From an uncultured Acidobacteriota bacterium (GTDB lineage Bacteria > Acidobacteriota > Thermoanaerobaculia > Multivoradales > JAHEKO01): a stretch of 64,000 nt of DNA. The DNA lies in assembly GCA_963713825.1 (NCBI GenBank), contig CAVQNG010000025.1, positions 892,415 through 956,414 on the forward strand, written 5' to 3'. Positions within the stretch are counted from its first letter, which is position 1; every line of letters starts with the position of its first letter. Positions 18,638 to 27,700 of this stretch are shown piece by piece. The notes beneath the pieces were generated by a model that was given only the letters and a program-made list of their open reading frames with translations, did no database searches and was not told where the DNA came from. A program made the position numbers and the translations under genes.

Positions 18638-21130
18638 TCACGGGGTCACAGGCAATAGTTCTAGTGTGTGAACCGCTGGTCCCGGCAGGAACGGTGTCGG
18701 CTCACCGCGGGCCCAGGCTTCGTGTCCAGCCCGAAAGAAGGGCGACAAGGGGTGCCCGCTCTGGCCCCCAGGCATGTGGAAGATCCCCTGCTCTTCCTGG
18801 CCGGGCGAGACAACAAACCGTTGGGAGGCTCCGTGGGTGGGGCTCTGCACACGGGGCATGTGCGAGTCGCCTGGCAATTGGTCAGCAGGCATGTTCAGCC
18901 ATGCCGCCAGAAAGGGCAGCGAGCCGCTCAGCGGATGGTGGATCCTGGCCGTGTTGCGGTCGCCCCACGTGCGATCCTGAAGCGCGATCTCGGCGTCCGA
19001 GAAGTAGTCGAGGGTATCGTCGACAGCGCGTTGGAAGAGGTCCTGCCAGCTCTCGAATGCAGGTGGGAGGAAGTGGAAGGGCTGCTCCTGTACCAGTGCC
19101 CAGAGCGGCCCTTCCGACTGATTGAGCAAGCCGTAGTCGAAGCGCTCGTCGGCAGCTTTGCATGGCGCCGTAATGGCATCGAAGACGAGGCTCTGGACGT
19201 TCTGGCGGTAGGCTCGCACCATTCGATAGCCGACCGAGTCCACAGCGGCTCGGCCGCCCCATTGCGAAACCAACGCATCGAGCTCGGCATAGGCTCTACC
19301 AGTCGTCGAAACCAGGGGATCCAGGACGTTGAGTAGCTGAGCCTGCCAGGCCTCGAGAAAGAGGGCACGGTCGTCGAGTTGGGTCTCGAGCAGGTCTGTC
19401 TCGGTCGCCCTTTCGAGCGCCAGCAGATCGTCCCGAATCTGCCGGGCACGCGCCCCGAGAGCGAAGCCTCCGTCGCCGATCTTGGCCAACATTTCACCCT
19501 CGACGAGCCGGTTGTTCGCCGACCAGATGCGGCCAATAGGAGGGTCGACCAACCGCGGGTATTCATCGGCTTCCAGCCATCCGTCCCAGCCCCGGGAGCC
19601 GTCGTTCCAGGTGGTTGGCAGGCGACCGGTGTGGCCGAAGCGTCGGGGGATGGCGCCCATGATCGTCCATCCGATGTGGCCTTCCACGTCGGCGACGACG
19701 AGGTTCTGGGGCGGAGCTCCGACCGTAGCAGCGATCCTCAGCGCCTCATCGACGGTTCTGGCGCCTTCCAGAAATTGGAGATTCGCATTGGCGCCCTGTG
19801 GATCGTGGGCAATCCAGCGCACCGCTCGCTGTCGCCCGAGGTGGTCGCGGTCCACGATCGGTCCCCAGATCGTTTCATCCACGGTCAGGTGCTGGTCTCT
19901 GCCGCCTCGGACGCGAATGATCTGGGCGTTGTGGTCCATGGGCAGCGATCCGGTGGGGGTCAGGTATCTTTCATTGTCTTCCGGATCTGCCAGAAGAACG
20001 ACGAGATCGCTCCAGTCGCCCTGGGAGTTGGTATAGCCCCAGGCGATCTCCCCGTTGCTTCCCGCGATGACGAATGGAGTTCCTGGCAGTGTGATACCCG
20101 TCACGCTGCGCTCCCGATCAGGCCGTTTCCTGTCGGGATAGATCAGGCGGGCCCGATACCAGATGTTGGGAACAGAGAGTCCGAGGTGCATGTCGTCGGC
20201 CATCAGGGCCCGGCCGTCTGCGGCGTGGCTGCCGGCAACAGCCCAGTTGTTGCTGCCGATCATGATCTGGGCCGGGTTCCCTGCCGACCGCCCCGAGGTC
20301 GTGCTGCTCGCCCCGGGAGAGGGCACTGTGGCGCGCAGATCAAGAACGCCCGGACCCGGTATGGGAGGAGTGGAGAAGGGCTCTCCAGAGACTGGAGCAT
20401 CCCATTCGGTGCCGGGAGAGGCCAGGAACTCGTAGAGCTCCGGGCCCAGAACATCCTTAAGAACCCCCAGCGTCGATTCGCGCCGACCGTTCGCGTCATT
20501 GAGCTCGAAGAACATGTTGTAGAGCACCAGTAGCGAGTCGACATCCAACCAATCCTCGGGTTCCAGACCGAGAACCATGTACTCGAACGGTGGCTCCTCG
20601 AGACTGGCTAGACCGGCGTTGACGCCTTCGGAGTAGGCTTGAAAAAAGTCCCAACTCTCCTGAGACAGCGCCCTCTTCGTGGCTTCAGCCCTCTCTCTGA
20701 ACCGGTGCAGCCGATAGCGCTTGTCAGCGTTCAAGGCGACTTCTCCGAAAAGCTCAGACAGCTCCCCGGCTCCACGGCGCCGGAGCAGGTCCATTTGGAA
20801 AAACCGGTCCTGGGCGTGCAGATATCCCAGTGCCGTTGCGACGTCCCTGCGGCTCTCACCGCTGAGCGTGGGGATTCCGAGCTCGTCTCGCTCGACCAGT
20901 ACCCGGGCACCGAGGGCTGGCAGGATCGCCGATCCCTCGAGCTGGGGCAGGCTGCCGTTGATCTGTTGCCATGCCCAGTAGCCTCCCAATGCCAGCAGCA
21001 GCAACGCCGAGAGCAGAAGGGCCATGGCGGTGCGGATGCCCCGCCCCGGCCAATTCTGGCGGGACGGCGCGGTTGGACTGATGGGAGTCGGGATTTCCGG
21101 GCTACCCGAAGGCATTTCGACGGCCCTCAT
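18638..21130 (-). CDS. Penicillin acylase / acyl-homoserine-lactone acylase family Ntn hydrolase
   Basis: GYLHAQDRFFQMDLLRR; beta-chain start G|SNNWAV; DMHL; PGGQSGHP; N-terminal TM. Confidence 0.9.
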   Translation of the reverse strand: MRAVEMPSGSPEIPTPISPTAPSRQNWPGRGIRTAMALLLSALLLLALGGYWAWQQINGSLPQLEGSAILPALGARVLVERDELGIPTLSGESRRDVATALGYLHAQDRFFQMDLLRRRGAGELSELFGEVALNADKRYRLHRFRERAEATKRALSQESWDFFQAYSEGVNAGLASLEEPPFEYMVLGLEPEDWLDVDSLLVLYNMFFELNDANGRRESTLGVLKDVLGPELYEFLASPGTEWDAPVSGEPFSTPPIPGPGVLDLRATVPSPGASSTTSGRSAGNPAQIMIGSNNWAVAGSHAADGRALMADDMHLGLSVPNIWYRARLIYPDRKRPDRERSVTGITLPGTPFVIAGSNGEIAWGYTNSQGDWSDLVVLLADPEDNERYLTPTGSLPMDHNAQIIRVRGGRDQHLTVDETIWGPIVDRDHLGRQRAVRWIAHDPQGANANLQFLEGARTVDEALRIAATVGAPPQNLVVADVEGHIGWTIMGAIPRRFGHTGRLPTTWNDGSRGWDGWLEADEYPRLVDPPIGRIWSANNRLVEGEMLAKIGDGGFALGARARQIRDDLLALERATETDLLETQLDDRALFLEAWQAQLLNVLDPLVSTTGRAYAELDALVSQWGGRAAVDSVGYRMVRAYRQNVQSLVFDAITAPCKAADERFDYGLLNQSEGPLWALVQEQPFHFLPPAFESWQDLFQRAVDDTLDYFSDAEIALQDRTWGDRNTARIHHPLSGSLPFLAAWLNMPADQLPGDSHMPRVQSPTHGASQRFVVSPGQEEQGIFHMPGGQSGHPLSPFFRAGHEAWARGEPTPFLPGPAVHTLELLPVTP

Positions 21131-21732
21131 TCGTCGCCTGTTGTGCTGATCAATCCCTCGAGGACTGTGAGAGCTCGTGCCAGCTCATCGACGAGAGGCC
21201 CGTGCTGAACCGGGCAGCGGCGTCGAAAGATCTCCAGCAGGCTTTGGTAGTACCAGATCGTCTGATCCTGGCTGGCCGAGAAGCGCTGCCACAGTTGGTC
21301 GCCGACGCGACGATACTCGAATACCAGGGAGCGCACATTGTGGACTTTGTCCGCAAGAGAGACCAGCAAGGTGGACTCGGGTGCAGTCTCCAGATGCTCC
21401 AGATAGCGCTCCTTCCGCGGCTGCCATCGAGGCTTCGGAGATTCCAGTGTGTCGCTACAGTCCTCCACAATAGCGGCCACGGAGTCTCCGAATCGGCGAC
21501 GGATCTCCTCGAGGACCGGGCGTCCCCCGCAGTCTTCAGCCGTGTCGTGGAGCAGCGCGGCCATGGCTTCGTCCTCACCTCCACCGTTCTCGAGGACAAG
21601 CGCGGTGACCGCCATCAGATGACTGATGGTCGGCACCTGGGTCTTCTTGCGTACCTGGGCGCAATGCAGCCGTTCCGCAAAGAGAAACGCTTCCGCGAAG
21701 CGCGGGGTCATTGGCACGATGGAATCGGACAT
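21127..21732 (-). CDS. HD-domain protein, Mesh1/SpoT-hydrolase-like small alarmone hydrolase family
   Basis: H..Q.RK...P.ISHL, AALLHDTAED, LADKVHN; AGGAG RBS. Confidence 0.85.
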   Translation of the reverse strand: MSDSIVPMTPRFAEAFLFAERLHCAQVRKKTQVPTISHLMAVTALVLENGGGEDEAMAALLHDTAEDCGGRPVLEEIRRRFGDSVAAIVEDCSDTLESPKPRWQPRKERYLEHLETAPESTLLVSLADKVHNVRSLVFEYRRVGDQLWQRFSASQDQTIWYYQSLLEIFRRRCPVQHGPLVDELARALTVLEGLISTTGDE

Positions 21733-21773
21733 ATCTCTCTCCTGGAATGGCAGGTGCTGGCGCTCTCTGGGCG

Positions 21774-22679
21774 CTAGTCGAAGTCGAAAAGACGGGTGCT
21801 GAAATAGCGCTCGCCGCGGTCTCCGAAGAGCACCACGATGTTGCCGCCGTCCATTTCGGTCGCCAGCTGTTGAGCGGCCCAAAGAGCGGCGCCGGAGCTC
21901 AGGCCCGCGATGACGCCTTCCTGCCGAGCGATCTGAACAGTCGTTTCATAGGCTGCGTCCTCGGGCACTTCGATCGTCTCGTCCAGGAGACCGCGGTCGT
22001 AGATCGGCGGCTGATAGGTCTCGGAGCTATGCTTGAGACCGTCGATCTTGGCACGGGGCTCGCCGCCGGGCTCCACGGCCACGATCCGGGCGTCGATTCC
22101 CTGATCCCGGAAATAGTGCGCTGCTCCCATCAAGGTGCCGCCGGTGCCGAAGCCGGCCACGAATGTATCGACCCGGCCATCGAGTTGGCGGGCGACCTCG
22201 GCTGACGTACCACGACTGTGCGCGACGATGTTGTCGGGGTTTTCATTCTGATTGATATAGAAGTAGCTCTCGGGGTCTTCCCCGATGAGGGCTTGTGCTC
22301 CCCAGATGTGGCTGTCGGGATCGTCCTTGGTGGTCAGCACCAGATCGGCACCCCAGTAGCGCAGCATCTTTCTCCTCTCGATCGTCTTGTTCTCGAGCAT
22401 GAAGAGTCGCAGCTTGTAGCCCTTGACGGCCGCCACCATCCCGAGGGCGATACCGGTGTTGCCACTGGTGGCTTCGATGATCGTCATGCCGGGCCGCAGC
22501 TCGCCGCGGCGCTCGGCTTCTTCGATCATGTGCAGGGCGATGCGATCCTTCAGCGAGCCGCTGGGGTTGCTGAGCTCGAGCTTGGCCCAGATCTGGACTG
22601 CCGGGTTGGAGCTCGAGCGCTGGAGGCGAATCAGTGGGGTGTTGCCGATGAATTCGAGTAGATTGTCGTTGGTGGTCAT
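21774..22679 (-). CDS. PLP-dependent cysteine synthase family protein (CysK/CysM-like)
   Basis: IGNTPL, NPSGSLKDR (PLP Lys), ATSGNTG, GFGTGGT, SSGA, DRGERY. Confidence 0.9.
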   Translation of the reverse strand: MTTNDNLLEFIGNTPLIRLQRSSSNPAVQIWAKLELSNPSGSLKDRIALHMIEEAERRGELRPGMTIIEATSGNTGIALGMVAAVKGYKLRLFMLENKTIERRKMLRYWGADLVLTTKDDPDSHIWGAQALIGEDPESYFYINQNENPDNIVAHSRGTSAEVARQLDGRVDTFVAGFGTGGTLMGAAHYFRDQGIDARIVAVEPGGEPRAKIDGLKHSSETYQPPIYDRGLLDETIEVPEDAAYETTVQIARQEGVIAGLSSGAALWAAQQLATEMDGGNIVVLFGDRGERYFSTRLFDFD

Positions 22680-22935
22680 GGTCGGTCGACGTCGGCTCCT
22701 GGGTTGACGGTGAGCGAGGCACCCCTAGGATAGGGGCAACTCGTTCCCGGATCAATTGGTCGCGGTGGGTGACCATGATTCCCGACGGTAGCCCATTCCC
22801 CGGCTCGAGGGCCTGGCCTACCCGCAAGGATGGCTGCACCGCCCCTTTTTCGGGTATGGTGCTGCACCGAGTCAGCCCATAGACTGCTGTTCCGATACAG
22901 CCAATCGGTAGGAAGAACTTCAGGGAGATACCGCC

Positions 22936-24603
22936 ATGACCTCCGGACTCGACAGGGAAACTCTCGAACTCAGTTTGGAGGCCTTTCGCGATTTCGCAGC
23001 GGCAAAGCTGTCGGACGACGTGCTTCTCGACCTGGATGCTCGGGACGAGTTTCCTGTGGACCTGGTTCGCGAGCTCTGTGGGTCGGGTTTGGGTATTCAA
23101 TTGCTGTTCATCGACGAGGAGTACGGTGGTATGGGTGGCGGAGCCTTCGATGTCTACCGGATCTGCGAGGCGCTTGCAGAGGTGGACCTGGGGATCGCTA
23201 CCGGGGTCCTGGCAACCTTTCTCGGTAGCGATCCGATTCGCTTCGGCGGCTCCGAGGAACAGAAGAAACACTGGCTCGGACGAATTGCCGAGGAGGGACT
23301 TCTCTTTGCCTACTGTGCTACCGAGCCGGAGGCGGGAAGCGATCTTGGCGCCCTCAAGTCGACCGCCGAGAGGATCGAGAAGGACGGCGAGGTTGTCGGC
23401 TACTCGATCAGCGGCAGCAAGCAGTGGATCAGCAACGGCGGCTTTGCGGATGTCTATACCGTGCTCGCCACCGCGCCCGACGGGCCGAGCTGGTTCATCG
23501 TCGAAGCCGGTGCCGAAGGCTTGAGCCCTGGCCAGCCGGAGGACAAGCACGGAATTCGCGCCAGCAATACCGCCGCAGTCGGTCTGACCGACGTCAAGGT
23601 CGATGCCGATCGACTCGTTGGTGGCAAGGAGGGGCAAGGGCTTCTCCAGGCGCAGGCAGTGTTCGGCTACACACGACTGATGGTCGCCGCGTTCGGCCTG
23701 GGTGGTGGATGGGCGGCTCTCGATCGCGCGATTCCCTATTCCACTGAGAGAATCCAGGGTGGCAGCCCGCTTTCAGAGAAGCAGGGTTTCACCCACAAGT
23801 TGATCGTGCCCAACGTGGCGTGGCTCGAAGCCGGTCGTGCCTACATCGAAGAGACCGCGCGACGGATCGACAGTGGAGAAGGAACTCTCAATACCGAAGG
23901 GGCCATTGCCAAGTACCTTTCGAGCGAAGCCGGCCTGAAGGCAGCGGAGGCCAGTATCCAGGCCCTGGGTGGCTATGGCTACACCCGCGAGTACATGGTG
24001 GAGAAGATCCGGCGCGATGTGCGCATCACGACGATCTACGAGGGCACTTCCGAGATTCTGGAGATGACCATCGCGCGGGATCTCTGGCAGCTCCACCTCA
24101 AAACGCGGGGCGAGCATTTCCACGAGCGGGCGCGCACATTCGAGACCTTGCACTCGAGGCACCCGAACCTGGGCGCTGACATCGTGGCTTTGACGTTTCA
24201 TGCTCTGGCCGAGGTCATGGAGCGATCGCGAGTGGCGCGATTGACAAGGAACCAGCACCTGCTGCTCCGGTTGGGCGAGCTGATCGCTTACGCGGAAGGG
24301 GCTGCGGGCCTGGTCGGCAGGGCGGCTGAGTCGGCGGAGGGTGCGCTCGACTCGAAAGCCGATCGCCGCATGAATCATGAGACCCTGGCGATCCTCGGTC
24401 GGATCTGTGCGCGACAAGCCGCCTCGATGGTGGCATCCCAGGGGATCCAATGGGTCGTCGGCGCTGGCGGAGTCGCTGGGCCGGCCGGCGTCGGGGACCT
24501 CGAAGCCGCGTTGGACGTGGCTCGAATACACCAGGCTCAGGCAGGCCTGATGGAAGATCTGAATCTGGCGGCCGATCGGATCTACGATCGCCAGACCGCA
24601 TGA
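22936..24603 (+). CDS. Acyl-CoA/acyl-ACP dehydrogenase with C-terminal extension, PKS-associated
   Basis: TEPEAGSD, GSKQWISNG, KHGIRAS, LGGYGYTREY, IYEGTSEI (catalytic Glu position). Confidence 0.9.
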   Translation: MTSGLDRETLELSLEAFRDFAAAKLSDDVLLDLDARDEFPVDLVRELCGSGLGIQLLFIDEEYGGMGGGAFDVYRICEALAEVDLGIATGVLATFLGSDPIRFGGSEEQKKHWLGRIAEEGLLFAYCATEPEAGSDLGALKSTAERIEKDGEVVGYSISGSKQWISNGGFADVYTVLATAPDGPSWFIVEAGAEGLSPGQPEDKHGIRASNTAAVGLTDVKVDADRLVGGKEGQGLLQAQAVFGYTRLMVAAFGLGGGWAALDRAIPYSTERIQGGSPLSEKQGFTHKLIVPNVAWLEAGRAYIEETARRIDSGEGTLNTEGAIAKYLSSEAGLKAAEASIQALGGYGYTREYMVEKIRRDVRITTIYEGTSEILEMTIARDLWQLHLKTRGEHFHERARTFETLHSRHPNLGADIVALTFHALAEVMERSRVARLTRNQHLLLRLGELIAYAEGAAGLVGRAAESAEGALDSKADRRMNHETLAILGRICARQAASMVASQGIQWVVGAGGVAGPAGVGDLEAALDVARIHQAQAGLMEDLNLAADRIYDRQTA

Positions 24604-24702
24604 TGCCGAGTCGAGCCTCCTCCGGGCAAAGTAGAGTCGGGGGTCGATGAAGTTCCCGCCACCGGGTCGGACCTGGGGCGTGACGGAAGGAAAGAACGCG
24701 AG

Positions 24703-27700
24703 ATGAAGAACAGCAGACATCGGGCAGTCGCCATCGTTGGTGTCGGGGCGGTGCTTCCGGATGCGCCGGACGCTCCGACCTTCTGGGAGAACATCAAACA
24801 GAGTCGGTACAGCATCAGTGAGGTTCCCAAAGAACGGTGGGATCCAGAGCTGTTCTGGGATCCCGACCCCAAGGCGCCGGCGAAGACCTACTCGAAGATC
24901 GGCGGCTGGGTGAAGGAGTGGGCCTGGGAGCCGCTGAAGTGGAATCTGCCAATCCCACCGAGAGTGGGCGAGTCCATGGATCGGACCCAGAAGTGGGCCC
25001 TGGTGGGCGCTCGCGAGGCATTGGCAGACTATGGGTATCCGCAGCGCCCCCTGGACCGTGAACGGACAGCCGTGATCCTGGGCAACGCCATGGGCGGCGA
25101 CCTTCACTACGAGACGGCCACCCGTATCTCCTATCCCGAGATCGCCCAGGAGCTGCGGCGAGCGCCGAGTTTCGCGGCGCTGCCGGAGGAAGTCCGGGCC
25201 AAGGTCAGCGACGAGCTCGGCAGCCAGGTGAGTGAGCTCTATCCCCGGATCACCGAAGACACGATGCCAGGAGAGCTGGCGAACATCATTGCCGGCCGGA
25301 TTGCCAATCTGTTCGACTTTCATGGACCGAACTACGTGGTCGATGCGGCCTGCGCTTCCGCCATGGCAGCGATTCACGCCGCCATCGAGGGGCTCGAGGA
25401 AGAGGACTACGACGCCGTTCTGACGGGTGGAATCGACGCCAACATGAGCGCCGCTACGTATACCAAGTTCTGCAAGATCGGCGCCCTTTCCGCGACCGGG
25501 ACCCGGCCGTTCGCCGATGGCGCCGATGGCTTCGTCATGGGCGAAGGAGCGGCCATCTTCTTGTTGAAGCGGCTGCGCGATGCCGAGCGGGACGGTGACT
25601 CCATCTATGCCGTGATTCGCGGTCTGGGCGGATCGAGTGATGGCCGGGGCAAGGGGATCACGGCGCCCAATCCGGTCGGTCAACGATTGGCGGTGGAGAG
25701 AGCCTGGAGACGGGCTGGACTGGTTCCAGATGGGGCCACGCTCATCGAAGGGCACGGCACTTCGACACGGGTCGGAGACGTAGTGGAGCTGCAGTGTCTG
25801 ACCGAGGCATTCATCCCCTACGGATTTGCACCCGGCTCGCTGCCTCTCGGCTCGGTCAAGTCGAACATCGGCCACCTCAAGGGCGCGGCCGGTGCGGCTG
25901 GGATTCTGAAGGCGACCTATGCCTTGCGGGACCAGGTCCTACCTCCGAGCCTCGGTTTCGAGCGCCCCAATCCCAATATCGACTTCACGAGCTGCCCATT
26001 CTTCGTCAATACGAAGCTGCGGCCCTGGACGGCTCGAGAAGGACAGGTGAGGCGGGCTGGCGTCAGTGCTTTCGGCTTTGGTGGAACCAACTTCCATGCG
26101 ATTCTGGAGGAGTACGTTCCCGGCCAGATTGTCGACCGGCCAGAACCTGTCCTTACCGTGGCCCGAGAGTTTGGTTCATCGGCTGTCACGAAGAGCGAAA
26201 AGGTGCCGCTGCGGGGCGCCCTGGTCCTGGGCGGTGATTCCCTGGCCGATGTCGAGGTCAGACTCAAAGGTGTGCTCGCCAAGGCAGAGTCTGGAGAGCT
26301 GCCGCAAGTCCAGGCACCAGCTGAAGCGGACCTGCGAAGCACCACCCGGTTGGCAATCGACTACGGTGACGGCGCTGAGTTGATCAAGAAAGGCGGCAGG
26401 GCGCTGTCGACGATCGAGTCGGGCAAGCTCGAGACCTGGAAGGCGCTCCGGGGTCGAGGCATCTTCCTTGGAACGGGCCAGCCGCCCAAGGTCGCCATGC
26501 TCTTTACGGGTCAGGGATCGCAGTATCTCAACATGCTGAGACAGCTGGCCTCGGACGAGCCGGTGGTGACCGAGACCTTTCGCGAGGCCGACGAGGTCAT
26601 GAAGCCGCTGCTCGGCCGCCCTCTGACCGAGTACCTGTTCGTCGACCCCATGGGTCCGCTCGAAGAAGAGGCCGCCAATGATGCGCTGCGCCAGACAGCC
26701 ATCACCCAACCGGCGGTGCTGGCGACGGACATAGCTCTGTTGAGGCTCCTGGGTACCTATGGTGTCGTGCCAGACATGGTGATGGGCCACAGCCTCGGTG
26801 AGTACGGCGCACTGGTGGCTTCGGGGGCGATCAGCTTCGCTCACGCCCTGGAGGCCGTCAGTGCCCGTGGGCAGGAGATGAGCCGGATCTCGACGGACGA
26901 CAACGGCTGGATGGCCGCGGTCTTCGCCCCCTTGGAGGAGATCGAGCGCATTCTCTCGACGATCGAGGGCTACGTCGTTGTGGCCAATATCAACAGCTAT
27001 AGCGAAGCGGTCATCGGCGGCGCCAGCCAGGCCGTCGAGAGGGCCATCGAGGCGCTGCAAGCGGCTGGGTACCAGGCTCAGCGACTACCGGTGAGCCACG
27101 CTTTTCACACGCAGATCGTGGCTCCATCCAGCGCCGCAGTTCGGCAGGTGTTGGGAAGGATGGGACTGCAGCCGCCGGAGATTCCCGTTGTCGCCAACGT
27201 CAGCGGCGACTTCTACCCGATGGGACCGGGAGTCGAGCCCGAGATGATCGAAATTCTCGCCCGTCAGGTCGCCGAACCCGTGCAGTTCGTCAAGGGATTG
27301 GAGGCTCTGTACCGTGCCGGCACGAGGGTGTTTGTCGAGTGTGGCCCGAAACGGGCCCTGCAAGGCATGGTTCGAAGCGTCTTTCAAGAGCGCGACGACG
27401 CCGTTTCCCTGTCCACGAATCATCCGCGCATGGGTGACGTGGCCTCCTTCAACCAGGCCCTGTGCGGACTGTACTCGGCAGGGCTGGGTGTCGGCAGGGT
27501 TCCTGTTGCCGAGGAGCCCATCGTCATGCGGAGCCCGGTCGGGTCGCGGCCCGCCCTGGCCGTGGACTCCGAGATCGAGTCGATTCAGGCACCGGCCGAT
27601 GCGGCAGGTGTCGACGCCTCTCGTCTCGACAAGGCCGCCTACCTCGAGTTGGGACAGATGTTCGCCGGTTTCCTCGACAAAGGCCTCGAAGTGGTGGGCC

